DNA of 64,000 nucleotides from an uncultured Pirellulaceae bacterium (GTDB taxonomy: Bacteria; Planctomycetota; Planctomycetia; Pirellulales; Pirellulaceae), in assembly GCA_964397295.1 (NCBI GenBank), contig CAYNJG010000004.1, positions 8,302-72,301 on the forward strand. Direction: 5' to 3'. The notes under the pieces are model-generated. The model ran no database searches, was not told the origin of the DNA, and saw only the letters and a list, made by a program, of their open reading frames with translations. The translations under genes and the position numbers were made by a program. This document shows positions 29,053-39,153 of the stretch, piece by piece (the first letter of the stretch is position 1; each line of letters opens with the position of its first letter).

Positions 29053-30543
29053 GTGAACGCTTCAATTCCTCGCATTGGTTGTTTGATTCTGGCGTGTTTC
29101 TGCATCGGTTCCCAAGCCCAGCAAGCCTTCGGGTTGGGCATGGAGGCGTTCGGCCCGGCCGGTGAACGGGTCGGCATGCAACCGGATTGGCCCAAAAATG
29201 TTGAAGGTTTGCTGAGCCATTCAGCACGTGTCTACTGGCGAGACGTGAACGGTGACGACCATTCCTACTACAACGGTGGCATTTCGGAAATCAACGAACT
29301 GCTGGCATTGTTTTCCAAGGTTGGACTGAAAAAGCGGCAAGTTATTATCCTCGCGGGCAGTCCGAACGTGAGCTCGTTCAACGGCGAGAAAAAAATACCT
29401 TACGCTGCCGAATATCATCTGCCGGGCGGTCTCTATTTGTGGCATGCGAAGGAGCATATCAAAACAGGTCTGTATCCGACCGTGCCTCGATTACTGATTC
29501 ATGTATCGAACGATTGGGTAGATGATTTGGCAAAGCTTGAGATTCCGAAAAACGTCGTGCTCTATGCCGAAGAGTACGACTCGGCGCTCCTAATGAAAGC
29601 GGCCGCCGAAGGTTCCAAGCAACGAAGCCGAGCCATTCAACTTCTAGCAAGCAGCGATATCCCATCGGCGGAAGTAAGAGCATTGGTTGAAGAAGCTTCC
29701 AAGTCCGACGTTCAATACGTGAACAAAACCGCAAAGCTCGCACTAGACAAATGGTCGTCTGCCGACGGCACGCAGCGAAAATCGCTTCAAGCAAAAGTTG
29801 CGGCGTTTGTCGAAGCTCATCCTCAACACTACAAACTTCCTACTCCCGACGAAGTACTTGCGAAGCTGCGGGCCATTGACGAGAAGTGCCAAACCGACGG
29901 ATTTACTGCGAGCGGAACGCTTGTCGACTCGTCCAAACGAATGATGAATTGGACCGTGACGATGGGCAAGGGGAATCTTGTGATTCGTGAAGCAGCCGTC
30001 GACGAAGCAGCAACCGGGCGGATATCGCACACGCTATTCAAAAACGACGAACGCATGGGGTCGATCCAGCAGTCGCAGATGTGGGTGAAGGGAAAGCTGA
30101 GTAAATCCAAAGCATTCAAGAGCTTCGAACCCGTAGGCAAGACATACGATTTGCTGATCGGTCGAATACTTTGGCCGTTGGGACGCGGCTTTACAAGTCG
30201 CATCAGCGAGATCACCAAAGTCACGCCCGAACCCGACGGAACATTGTTCGTTGAAGCAAAAGAAGGTGATGGATTGAGTATCCGATGGGAGTTAATCGTC
30301 GACCCAGAAGCCGATTTTGTTGTCCGTCAAGCGAAGGGCTTTCGACGTGACGAAGTGGACCCCGAGTACATCGTGGATGCCGTCGGACTCTTTGCGACGA
30401 ACGATCGTTCCACGAACCATACAAGTCGTTGGGTGGAAGGCACAAACGGTCAAACGGTTTCCTTCGCAGTGCATGATGTTTCGTCAAAACCCGACGTCAA
30501 ACTCATGTTCGACGTAGAGAAGACTCTGCGAGAAGAAGAGTAA
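29053..30543 (+). CDS. Hypothetical secreted protein
   Basis: 496 aa with a GTG start and a signal peptide (IGCLILACFCIGSQAQQ). No recognisable motif. Confidence 0.55.
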   Translation: MNASIPRIGCLILACFCIGSQAQQAFGLGMEAFGPAGERVGMQPDWPKNVEGLLSHSARVYWRDVNGDDHSYYNGGISEINELLALFSKVGLKKRQVIILAGSPNVSSFNGEKKIPYAAEYHLPGGLYLWHAKEHIKTGLYPTVPRLLIHVSNDWVDDLAKLEIPKNVVLYAEEYDSALLMKAAAEGSKQRSRAIQLLASSDIPSAEVRALVEEASKSDVQYVNKTAKLALDKWSSADGTQRKSLQAKVAAFVEAHPQHYKLPTPDEVLAKLRAIDEKCQTDGFTASGTLVDSSKRMMNWTVTMGKGNLVIREAAVDEAATGRISHTLFKNDERMGSIQQSQMWVKGKLSKSKAFKSFEPVGKTYDLLIGRILWPLGRGFTSRISEITKVTPEPDGTLFVEAKEGDGLSIRWELIVDPEADFVVRQAKGFRRDEVDPEYIVDAVGLFATNDRSTNHTSRWVEGTNGQTVSFAVHDVSSKPDVKLMFDVEKTLREEE

Positions 30544-30572
30544 TATCCACGACGGCGAAGGGTAGATTTAGC

Positions 30573-31082
30573 TCAGAGATCGTACAACGTCTCGTCTACC
30601 TTAGGTGGCAATAGCTTTCTACGAACGCTCGCCAAATCGAGTCGGCCTCCAGACTTCGATGCGAACAACAGTTCGTCACCGTCCAGCGTGTCGCCCATTT
30701 CTTCTTCGATCTTGTCGGGGTCTTCGCCGGACTCCATGCGGCGGATCGCTTCTTCGATTCCGCCAGTCAGCTTTAGACCGGTTGAGTCATAAAGTTTGCG
30801 CATAAATTTGGCCATGGCTTTCGGATCGTCTTCATTGAGACCACTAGCCTCGCCCTCGAGTGCCATCATTGCCTTTTCCATCGCTGCTTCGTCGATGTCC
30901 GGGAACTCGCCCACTCCTTCTTCTTCGCCGCGGCCTTTGGAAATTGCAAAGAGCGAAATCTTCTTTTCGAGTTTCTTTGCACCGCAGTCCGGGCACTTGG
31001 GTTTCTTCTTGTTGTCGAAACTCGCTGTGCGAAAACTGTAGATCGTGTGGCAGTCCGAGCAATAGTATTCGTAAACGGGCAT
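30573..31082 (-). CDS. FmdB-family zinc-ribbon protein with acidic C-terminal extension
   Basis: MPVYEYYCSDCHTIYSF..KCPDCGAKKLEKKIS is the CxxC-CxxC FmdB motif. The start is taken at 31082 rather than the ORF-track 31193. Confidence 0.75.
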   Translation of the reverse strand: MPVYEYYCSDCHTIYSFRTASFDNKKKPKCPDCGAKKLEKKISLFAISKGRGEEEGVGEFPDIDEAAMEKAMMALEGEASGLNEDDPKAMAKFMRKLYDSTGLKLTGGIEEAIRRMESGEDPDKIEEEMGDTLDGDELLFASKSGGRLDLASVRRKLLPPKVDETLYDL

Positions 31083-31173
31083 TCCGCTGTCTCTCGTGAA
31101 GGAATCGATCCGCGTAATATCGAAGAGAGCGCGAGCCTTGGCAAGACGAACTTGGCAAGACGGAATGCGGCGT

Positions 31174-32619
31174 TTATCGGCGACGTCGTGCAAGTAGCAG
31201 GCTTGCGATCGCGAACATCAGAAATGCATGGGCATTCGGTTCCGGAACCGTTTGGTTTTGAAACGGAGCCGTTTGCCCGAAATTAGCGGAGAGCTTCAAA
31301 AAGTCATTAAATCCAACTCGACCATCGCCAGTCAAATCACCACTCGACCACGTTCCCACGCCGCCGAACGAAGAACTGAGTTGCAAGAAATCGGGGAAGT
31401 CCACATCACCGTCCAGATCAACATCGCCCTGCAAGTTGTTGCTGAAGAATATCCAATAGTCCAAATCTCGCTCTGTGACTTGACCATCTCCATCAAGGTC
31501 ATAGTGCGGATCCGTGATTTGGAAGGCAATCGCCCCAGACAGGACATCGGCATCATTGACCGTCAATCCGGGCTCGCCGTCGAGGTACATGAAAGAGGTG
31601 GGCGAGAGTGCATCGTAGATCGGCTCGACCCAGGTTCGAGAAGAGCGATTGAAGGTACCGAATCCCGCGCCGAACTCCCAGTACGACCAGGCGAAATCAC
31701 GTTCTTCGGCAGCTTGCGTAACGGCCTCGGTCCAAAGTGCGCGGGAATCCATATCTCCAAAGCGATAGGCCCCAAATTCACCCAGCAACACAGGTCGATC
31801 GAATCGCTCCGACCAATTTTGGACTAGATCGAAGTCACGAAGGACTGCGTTTTCTTCTGCCTCCGTTCCGTCCCAAGTTGTACCAAGCCAGGCGTCCGCG
31901 CCATCGACCCACTCCGCACGTTGGTGGGTAAACTCAAATGGCGAGTAGTAATGAAACGTGCCGATCAGATTGCGATCTTCTTCCGGCAAACGCAACCGAA
32001 CAAGTCCCGATACCCCGTTCCAATTGTTACCACCGACGATCACTTGCCGATCAGGATTGGTCTCGCGGATCACCGCGAGTGACTGTTCCATCACGTCTTG
32101 CCAGCGAGTGGACGTAAATTGGTCGTTCGGTTCGTTCAGAATTTCGAAGAACACACTTGTGGTTGGTTCATCGCGATAACGCTCGCCAATCTGCGACCAC
32201 AATCCGGCAAGCCGATCACGATGGCCCTCGATGTCCGAATGAATTTCGTCATAGTGATGAACATTGAGGATGACGGCGAGGTCGTTTGATTGGGCTTGGT
32301 CGATCACCCAATCGATGCGTTCGAAGAAAGTCGTGTCGATCTGATACGGACTCGTCGCATCTGCGTGCCCGGACCACTTGATGGGAACACGAACCGAGTC
32401 GAAGCCACCTGCTGCGATTGTTTCAAAGTGCCACGGTTGAAGAGTGAATCCCCAATCGCCCTCGTTTGGTGCCTCCAGTGTATTGCCGAGATTCACGGAT
32501 TGTCCGAGGCGACGGTTGTAGTCGTACGCGTCAAACTCAATTTGTTGAGCGGACGCTCGAATTGTGACGAATCCCGCTTGCAAGATGATTAGTGCAATCA
32601 GAGCCAAAGTCGCGCGCAT
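31174..32619 (-). CDS. Glycoside hydrolase family 5 (cellulase-like) with dockerin-like repeats and PEP-CTERM anchor
   Basis: Signal peptide, FEILNEPN (acid/base Glu) and GEFGA. C-terminal DLDGDGQVTERDLDYW, GDVDLDGDVDFPDFLQLSSSFG and GDLTGDGRVGFNDFLKLSANFG. It ends VPEPNAHAFLMFAIASLLLARRRR. Confidence 0.85.
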   Translation of the reverse strand: MRATLALIALIILQAGFVTIRASAQQIEFDAYDYNRRLGQSVNLGNTLEAPNEGDWGFTLQPWHFETIAAGGFDSVRVPIKWSGHADATSPYQIDTTFFERIDWVIDQAQSNDLAVILNVHHYDEIHSDIEGHRDRLAGLWSQIGERYRDEPTTSVFFEILNEPNDQFTSTRWQDVMEQSLAVIRETNPDRQVIVGGNNWNGVSGLVRLRLPEEDRNLIGTFHYYSPFEFTHQRAEWVDGADAWLGTTWDGTEAEENAVLRDFDLVQNWSERFDRPVLLGEFGAYRFGDMDSRALWTEAVTQAAEERDFAWSYWEFGAGFGTFNRSSRTWVEPIYDALSPTSFMYLDGEPGLTVNDADVLSGAIAFQITDPHYDLDGDGQVTERDLDYWIFFSNNLQGDVDLDGDVDFPDFLQLSSSFGGVGTWSSGDLTGDGRVGFNDFLKLSANFGQTAPFQNQTVPEPNAHAFLMFAIASLLLARRRR

Positions 32620-32627
32620 ACCGTGCT

Positions 32628-33203
32628 CTATTTAGAGGGGAATCGAAGATGCAGAAAGTCCAAGAGTATGGACCAGTCTTCACTCTGCACCAGTTTCGAA
32701 CGAGCAACGATTAGATGATCATTCGATTCGGTTAAGAATAACAGAACTACGTGTTCAGAACAAAGGAATTGTGAAAACGATGACCATGGAACGGATGCGT
32801 CGCCTTCGCCCTTTGACGTTTGGATTCCGTTTGTGGTCAGCCGCGTCTCTGTTGCGGCAAAAATGCCAATCTTTAACTTTGCATCGCGTTTCAATCTCAG
32901 GAAAATCATAAAAAGCGTAAACGGCAAGATCGCCGGCATGATCACAAGACCTAGCAGCATGAACGTGTTGCCAAAGAGTGCGTCGCTGGGTGTGAACAAG
33001 CCCAACGTCAGAACGAATGCGATGTAAATGCCGAGCGTGAGAACTGCGTAGGGCCAGCGCCGCCTCAAAATCAGAACTTGCGTTCGTAGCACGTCCTGAA
33101 TGGACATCGAACCTGCGAGCAAAATGTCGCGAGGCAACTGCGCTGACTCGGTGTGTGCGTACGGATCGTTCTTCGGTGCTGAATAGGGATTGTGCTTATT
33201 CAT
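32628..33203 (-). CDS. YcxB-like membrane protein, hypothetical
   Basis: 191 aa with two central TM helices and a C-terminal segment (TRLTTNGIQTS..VPWSSFSQF..EHVVLLFL) resembling the YcxB-like domain. Confidence 0.45.
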   Translation of the reverse strand: MNKHNPYSAPKNDPYAHTESAQLPRDILLAGSMSIQDVLRTQVLILRRRWPYAVLTLGIYIAFVLTLGLFTPSDALFGNTFMLLGLVIMPAILPFTLFMIFLRLKRDAKLKIGIFAATETRLTTNGIQTSKGEGDASVPWSSFSQFLCSEHVVLLFLTESNDHLIVARSKLVQSEDWSILLDFLHLRFPSK

Positions 33204-33224
33204 TTCGTGCTGAACTTCAGCCAG

Positions 33225-35384
33225 TCATGCATGTTGGATCAACCAGCTGCGGTGGATCCGTTGATTTCGAAATTCTTCTGGTAACGTTTTCTTTGTGATT
33301 TCTCGAGTGGTCGCGTTTCGAAGATTGTGTTCCTCGAGCTTAATCCGCCGAAAGTTGGTCGAGAAAAAGATCTGGCCGGTTGGCGTTAGTCGGGTGAGGA
33401 GCGAGTTGATTAGTTCCGCATGATGTCGCTGGATGTCCCACGTATCGTCGGATCGTTTGCTGTTCGAAAACGTGGGTGGGTCACAGACGATCAAATCAAA
33501 TTCCACGTCGGAGGGCAGGGTACTCACATAGGTTCGAGCATCACTGCGGGCGAAGCGATACTTTTGGTCATTCGTGAAGTCGTTGATTTTGAAGTTGCGT
33601 TTGGCCCATTCAACGTAAGTGTTCGACCAATCGACGGTTGTGACTTGCTTGGCGTTTCCATCGGCAGCGTAGACGGAGAAAGCGCCGGTGTACGCGAAAA
33701 GATTGAGCACGCGTTTGCCGTCGCTCATGTCACGAATCATAGACCTCGCATTGCGGTGGTCCAGGAATAAGCCTGTGTCCGTGTAGTCCGTCAAATTAAC
33801 GAGAAACTTAAGATTGCCTTCGTGCACGATCACTTCTTGCAACGAGTTGTCGAGCTTTTCGTGTTGCTGATCGCCACGTTGACGCATGCGCGACTTCACA
33901 AATACGCGATCCTTTGGCACGTTCAATGTTTCGCTGGCCGTGTGAGCCATCGCTTCCACCCACTCTGCGTGTTGCGCTATATCGCGGTCGTGGGGACGTT
34001 CGAATTCGACGATGTGAATTCGGTCTTCGTACTTGTCCACGACAAAGGGGATTTCAGGAATGTCGCGTTCATAAAGTCGGTAGCACGTGATGCCTCGCTT
34101 GGGTAGACGGCGAAAGTGCCGAGCGCGTTTGCGGAGTCGATTCGCGAAGATTTCGGTTTGTGCTTCGAAGTTGTCCGCACTGCCGCCAAACACGGGCGAC
34201 AACTTCGGTTTTGTTTGTGTTTCGTCCGACGCTTCCGAACTGTTCGCTTGTTTGAGTTTACTCGCGTCACCCGGTCTAGGGCCATGAAACTGATAGTAGG
34301 TACATTCAATGCGTCCGTTGTAGAGTTTCCGGCGACGATCTGCCTGTTTGCCGATCAGCGTTTCGAATTTCGGAAACGAAGTGAAAATGTAGTGCGACCA
34401 AGTGGGAAGGCCTCGCAACACGTACGGAATCGATTCGTACAAGTGTTGCAGCTCTTCTTGGTCGAGTCGTTCGCCATACGGCGGATTCGTAATGATGACG
34501 CCGAACTCTTTCTTGCTGGTGAGGTTTGCAAACTCAGCTTGCTGGAAATGAATATCGTCGGCGACGTTGGCGTCTGTCGCGTTCTTTCGTGCCAGGGATA
34601 GAGCGCCAGCGTGAATATCGCTACCGAATAACCGCAGCGGTTCGACGTCGGCACGTAGCGAGTCGGCGTTCTCGCGCGCTGCCGGTAGCGTCTCTTTGGG
34701 TACGTGGGTCCATTCTTCGAAAGCAAACGATCGTGAGCGGCCTGGAGCCATGTTGCGACCGAGCAGGGCGGCTTCGATCAGAATCGTGCCGCCACCGCAG
34801 AACGGGTCGATCAACGGACGTCCCGGTTGCCAAAAGCTGAGTTGCACCAGCGCTGCGGCCATGGTTTCCTTCAGCGGTGCGCGAGTCGAAATCTCGCGAT
34901 AGCCGCGTTTGTGGAGACTCGGGCCCGTCGTGTCGAGTGTCAGTCTAGCGACGTCGTTGCGGAGTCCGATATGAATCCGATATCGCGGACCTGTTTCCGG
35001 AAGTGACGAAATACTGGGATTCGCGAGTAGGCTCTCGACGATCGCCTTTTTCGTTGTGCGTTGGACGGCAGGCACACTGGATAGTAGTGACTTCACCGAT
35101 GCGCCCGTGACGTGGATCATGGCATCGGTCGTAAGCCACTGCGTCCAGTCTTCGGATTTGATCGTGTCGAATAGACAATCAAAGTCAGAGCACGGAAACT
35201 CGGCAATCGAGATGGAAACACGATCGGCGCAGCGAAGCCACAGGTTCGTTTTGGCAACATCGCTCCAGTCGCCATCGAATTCGATTTGCCCAGGGCCGAC
35301 CGTCTTCGTCGCGTAGCCCATTGATTGGAGTTCACGCGCGACGATCGCTTCGAGACCAAACGCGCAACTTGTGACTAACTTCAT
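33225..35384 (-). CDS. rlmKL: Bifunctional 23S rRNA methyltransferase RlmKL (m2G2445 / m7G2069)
   Basis: 719 aa. THUMP-like N-terminus, NPPYGERL in the first MTase, and a second SAM-MTase with LNLFAYTGAFSVYAA and CDPPTFSNSK. Confidence 0.85.
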   Translation of the reverse strand: MKLVTSCAFGLEAIVARELQSMGYATKTVGPGQIEFDGDWSDVAKTNLWLRCADRVSISIAEFPCSDFDCLFDTIKSEDWTQWLTTDAMIHVTGASVKSLLSSVPAVQRTTKKAIVESLLANPSISSLPETGPRYRIHIGLRNDVARLTLDTTGPSLHKRGYREISTRAPLKETMAAALVQLSFWQPGRPLIDPFCGGGTILIEAALLGRNMAPGRSRSFAFEEWTHVPKETLPAARENADSLRADVEPLRLFGSDIHAGALSLARKNATDANVADDIHFQQAEFANLTSKKEFGVIITNPPYGERLDQEELQHLYESIPYVLRGLPTWSHYIFTSFPKFETLIGKQADRRRKLYNGRIECTYYQFHGPRPGDASKLKQANSSEASDETQTKPKLSPVFGGSADNFEAQTEIFANRLRKRARHFRRLPKRGITCYRLYERDIPEIPFVVDKYEDRIHIVEFERPHDRDIAQHAEWVEAMAHTASETLNVPKDRVFVKSRMRQRGDQQHEKLDNSLQEVIVHEGNLKFLVNLTDYTDTGLFLDHRNARSMIRDMSDGKRVLNLFAYTGAFSVYAADGNAKQVTTVDWSNTYVEWAKRNFKINDFTNDQKYRFARSDARTYVSTLPSDVEFDLIVCDPPTFSNSKRSDDTWDIQRHHAELINSLLTRLTPTGQIFFSTNFRRIKLEEHNLRNATTREITKKTLPEEFRNQRIHRSWLIQHA

Positions 35385-35390
35385 CGCGAA

Positions 35391-35819
35391 CTATGCAGCA
35401 CTAACGGGCGGTGGCGAGGTGATCTCGATTTGATGACCATCCGGGTCGAGAATGTAAAGCTGCACTGCACCGTCGGGGCGCTTGCGAGGTCCGGCAATGA
35501 TCTCCACACCACGCGATAATAAAAACTTGGCGGCCGCGTCAGCGTCAGCAACACTGAAAGCGATGTGTAACGCGCGCGTCACGCTGGTTGCATCGTAAGT
35601 GAGTCCGGCGGTTCCGGCTTCTTCACTAGCAACGTTCAAATGGATCTGTGTTGTTCCGGCCTCGAACCACAAACCGGGAAAACCGAAGTCGGGCCGAGGG
35701 ACTTCTTTCATACCCAGCAGGTCAGCGAAGAATGCCCGACTGCGATCCAGGTCCGCAACAACAAGTGTGACATGATCAATCGCATCGACGGAAATGCGTG
35801 CGTTAGTTTCCGTGGCCAC
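35391..35819 (-). CDS. VOC (glyoxalase/bleomycin resistance/dioxygenase) family protein
   Basis: 142 aa with IDHVTLVVADLDRSRAFFADLLGM at the N-terminus and HIAFSV..., typical of the VOC fold. Confidence 0.75.
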   Translation of the reverse strand: MATETNARISVDAIDHVTLVVADLDRSRAFFADLLGMKEVPRPDFGFPGLWFEAGTTQIHLNVASEEAGTAGLTYDATSVTRALHIAFSVADADAAAKFLLSRGVEIIAGPRKRPDGAVQLYILDPDGHQIEITSPPPVSAA

Positions 35820-35938
35820 GGTGGACTCCCGAATGGTGTTTGCTAGTTGATCCGATTGACTCGACGAGTCGTTCGAATTGACGATCGCGGGCTAGTATAA
35901 CGTTTGCTAGTTGCGTTCACACGGGCATAGTTTTGCGG

Positions 35939-37051
35939 TCAGTTGTCCTGCGAAAGGCAGGACTTGCGGAGTCGATTCGCAGTGTCGCGGAGTTTCTGAT
36001 CAGGGTCTTCGTCGCCCTTGAGCAGGACCGTGGTGATCGGAGCTCCGGTAGATATTGACTGCCCGGGTGTAGGGATGTCGGCCAGTGTTTGATTGCGGGT
36101 GGTAAACTTGTCGAGCAACTCGTCGTTCGAATCGGGCATGATGACATTGCGGTCGGCGAAGACGACAAGCTTGGCGCACGTTCGAAATTCAGCTTCGACC
36201 ACGTTGAGGTTTTCTCCACGGCACGCATCGACGTGGTATTGCAAGATGGGCTGCGTGAGAGAAACCTCTAGCGTTTCCATCGACGCGGTATAGCGTGGAT
36301 TCACTTCAATCGGCACGATGCCACATGCGGTGGCGATGGCATCGATGCCGAACACGCCCACCAAATCGAAGTCGTCGGCCAGTGCTTGAGCGATTGCTAG
36401 CCACTGTGTTTTTTGCTCCGCCGTCGGCGAATAGGAAATCGATCCGCAATAGCCGAATTCATGAGGTGAGCCCCACGGTTCGCCAACCAACATCCGCGAT
36501 GCGCCCAGAAATTCTGTTTTGCGATTGGATTTGCTTGTTGCGAACGCTGCTGAACACGGTTCGCCAGTGGACTCTCTTTGAAACAAGCAGTCTTCGGTGA
36601 TCGTTTCGGTTTCGTTGACCCGTCTGACGTTTGCTCCGCCAGCCGATCGAAGCGGTTTTGCCAACCATCGTTCTCGCGAATCCTTCGGAAGTGAAAGTTG
36701 TGTTTCCGGGCAGGCTATGTTGCGTTTGCTCAGTGCCGATGTCCATTGCAGGGGATCACGAATGTTGCGCAGAGTAACCGCCGTCTGCCCCCACACTGGT
36801 CCGATCGTCTGGAGTTCTTCAATTAGCGATGGGTAGTTCTCTAGTGCGCCGGTGTAGACGACCGGTAAATCAGGGAACTGTTTTCGGATCGATAAAAAAT
36901 CATCAGGGTAGTTCGGCACACGAAGGCACGTCGCGAAGCTTGCGAGATCCTGGTCTGCGAATAAATCTGCTGCAACGACCTCGAAGCCGGCACGGTGAGC
37001 TGACTGCGCGGCGGCTCGAGCAGACGCGCCAATTATCAAGATCTTTTGCAT
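35939..37051 (-). CDS. ATP-grasp domain protein
   Basis: 370 aa. N-terminal MQKILIIGASARAAAQSAHRAGFEV and a C-terminal half with GVFGIDAI..IEVNPRYTASME, typical of ATP-grasp ligases. Substrate unknown. Confidence 0.6.
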   Translation of the reverse strand: MQKILIIGASARAAAQSAHRAGFEVVAADLFADQDLASFATCLRVPNYPDDFLSIRKQFPDLPVVYTGALENYPSLIEELQTIGPVWGQTAVTLRNIRDPLQWTSALSKRNIACPETQLSLPKDSRERWLAKPLRSAGGANVRRVNETETITEDCLFQRESTGEPCSAAFATSKSNRKTEFLGASRMLVGEPWGSPHEFGYCGSISYSPTAEQKTQWLAIAQALADDFDLVGVFGIDAIATACGIVPIEVNPRYTASMETLEVSLTQPILQYHVDACRGENLNVVEAEFRTCAKLVVFADRNVIMPDSNDELLDKFTTRNQTLADIPTPGQSISTGAPITTVLLKGDEDPDQKLRDTANRLRKSCLSQDN

Positions 37052-37060
37052 CGGTGGCAG

Positions 37061-37345
37061 CTACATCGTCATAACAACGCCTTCGACAGATCTAAGCTGC
37101 TCGTAGACGGCGAGCACCTGTTCTGCAGAAGCGAGTGTGGGCAACAGCGTTATGGAAGTATGTTTGCCATTTGGCGTTGAGCGCGTGGTGACTGGGATCT
37201 CGTCGGAGTCGAGGTTCACGGACTTTACCGCGACGAGGCAGCGATCGACGAAATCATCCGTGCTCGTGCCGATAACCTTTAGTGTGAATTGGCAAGGGAA
37301 CGTGTGTGTGGCGTTCAGTAGTTCCAGTGACGTTTCTCGGTCCAC
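37061..37345 (-). CDS. DUF493 (YbeD-like) protein
   Basis: 94 aa with the HTFPCQFTLKVIG motif characteristic of the YbeD family. Confidence 0.7.
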   Translation of the reverse strand: MDRETSLELLNATHTFPCQFTLKVIGTSTDDFVDRCLVAVKSVNLDSDEIPVTTRSTPNGKHTSITLLPTLASAEQVLAVYEQLRSVEGVVMTM

Positions 37346-37377
37346 GCCGAAGCCTCTCTATGGCTTATCCAGATCTC

Positions 37378-38475
37378 TTAGTTATTCAACACACGTTCGA
37401 TGGTTGCTTCCAAAACAGGAAGCGGCTGGTAGCCAGTCATTACTAGTCGAACCATTCCTTTTTTGTCGAGCAATAACATGGTTGGGAAACCGACGAAATC
37501 TACGATTTTCTCAGAAGGTTCGAAGTCACCGTGCAGGCAAGGATAGTTCATTGGTTGCAGTTTTTGGAAGTCCTCCAGCTTCGTTTTCGCTTCGTCGTAC
37601 TCGGCGTCACCTATCGGTTTCTCGAAGTTGATACCGACGAATGCAACTCGATCTTGGAGCTTTGTTTGCAATTCAACTAGGTGTGGGATTTCTGCGCGGC
37701 AAGGAGGACACCACGTACCCCAGAGATCGACGAGCGTCCACTCTTTATCGTCGAAGTCAGTATGTGACACCATGGTGTCGTCTTCGGTGAGTGATTTGAG
37801 TGAGAACTCAAACGGGAAAGGCTCGTGAGTGGTGAGTTCCTTATCGATCTCGTCGCTTAACCAAGTCTGCATTTCCGATACGTATTGTTCATTCTGTACG
37901 ATCGGGTCTAGTTCGGCGTCCAAAAACAGAATCTTCGTCTGTCGAAAACCGTGACTTCTTGATTCGACGATCGACTGCCAACCTTTTTCGAGATTCTTGT
38001 TGAGAATGTGTCCTTTGGCTTCTTCCAACAAAAGGAAGCTGGGCATGTTTCCGAGTTGCTCAATCGACTCCGAGTTTTCGGTGAGCGAGCGAGCCATGTC
38101 GCCAAGTTCGAGGCGACGTGCGATTAGATTTTCTGGATGATCAGCAAGGGATTGGATCGACTGGTACATCAACGTGGCCAATGCCTTGGTCAAGTTGTCG
38201 TCTTTCGAGAAACGTTTTCGTCCCTTTTGCCCAATCGCGATGGCAGCTTCTGAATCGCCGGATGATGTCAACTGAGCTTGCATCGCTTCGATTACTTCCT
38301 GAGCGGATTGAGGCTCGGGTGTCGATGTTGACGGCGCATCGTCCGCGTTCGTTTTCGCTGTTGTGTTGTTCTCAGAACTGTTCGGTTGTGGAAGAGTGGC
38401 CGTGCCCGACTGATTGCATCCAGTCCAAAAAATACAGGCCATGAGAACAAACGAAACGGTACGAAACTTTTTCAT
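37378..38475 (-). CDS. TlpA/ResA-like thiol-disulfide oxidoreductase lipoprotein with N-terminal helical domain
   Basis: 365 aa with a lipobox-like signal (FWTGC). The thioredoxin domain carries DLWGTWCPPCRAEIPHL. Confidence 0.8.
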   Translation of the reverse strand: MKKFRTVSFVLMACIFWTGCNQSGTATLPQPNSSENNTTAKTNADDAPSTSTPEPQSAQEVIEAMQAQLTSSGDSEAAIAIGQKGRKRFSKDDNLTKALATLMYQSIQSLADHPENLIARRLELGDMARSLTENSESIEQLGNMPSFLLLEEAKGHILNKNLEKGWQSIVESRSHGFRQTKILFLDAELDPIVQNEQYVSEMQTWLSDEIDKELTTHEPFPFEFSLKSLTEDDTMVSHTDFDDKEWTLVDLWGTWCPPCRAEIPHLVELQTKLQDRVAFVGINFEKPIGDAEYDEAKTKLEDFQKLQPMNYPCLHGDFEPSEKIVDFVGFPTMLLLDKKGMVRLVMTGYQPLPVLEATIERVLNN

Positions 38476-38720
38476 CGAAAATTTGCCAGCAAGTGGATGC
38501 CGATTTGTAGAATTAGATGTCGGAGTATTACCGGGGCCGGACTTCAGGCAAAGGGGATTTGGCTCGAATCTTCGTGCTGGGCCTAAAATGAGAGGCGAAA
38601 AGCGGTCAGAAACTGTTGATTGTTAATCTGCGCTAGATTGATTTCGAGAACTGGTCAGTTTGGCGAATCGAAGTAACAATTGGGCATACGAATTTTCAAC
38701 CCCGCGAGCAGTACCCTTTC

Positions 38721-39050
38721 ATGTCCGATTATCCAGAGAAGACTTGTTCCATTGATCGTTTAGTGACCCACGACAAACTAGTCGCTGCAGCGATTGCTGG
38801 TAAGAAGACGCAGCAGCGACGGGCGGGTGTTTATGCCTATCCCGGTGAAACCTTCGAGTTAGAAGGTACGCAGTTTGTTGTGAAAGATCTTCGCCAAGAG
38901 ACATTGGCGGATATGACGGATGTCGAGGCGCAGAAGGAAGGCTATCCGAACTTAGAGTTCTACAAAGATCTGATTCTGCGCATGCACAAAGGCATGGAAT
39001 GGAACACTGCTGACACAGTCTGGGTTCACGAGTTTGAGATCGCCCAGTAA
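38721..39050 (+). CDS. ASCH domain protein
   Basis: 109 aa. HDKLVAAAIAGKKTQQRR and the size fit ASCH/PUA-like proteins. Confidence 0.5.
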   Translation: MSDYPEKTCSIDRLVTHDKLVAAAIAGKKTQQRRAGVYAYPGETFELEGTQFVVKDLRQETLADMTDVEAQKEGYPNLEFYKDLILRMHKGMEWNTADTVWVHEFEIAQ

Positions 39051-39153
39051 CGCAGGCGATTATCACAGCTATGGTTTTTGCACTGTGTGTGGAACGCTGC
39101 GCCGTTAACGAACACACGCCTCAAGACAAGTCGATTACGTCGCTTTGAGGCTA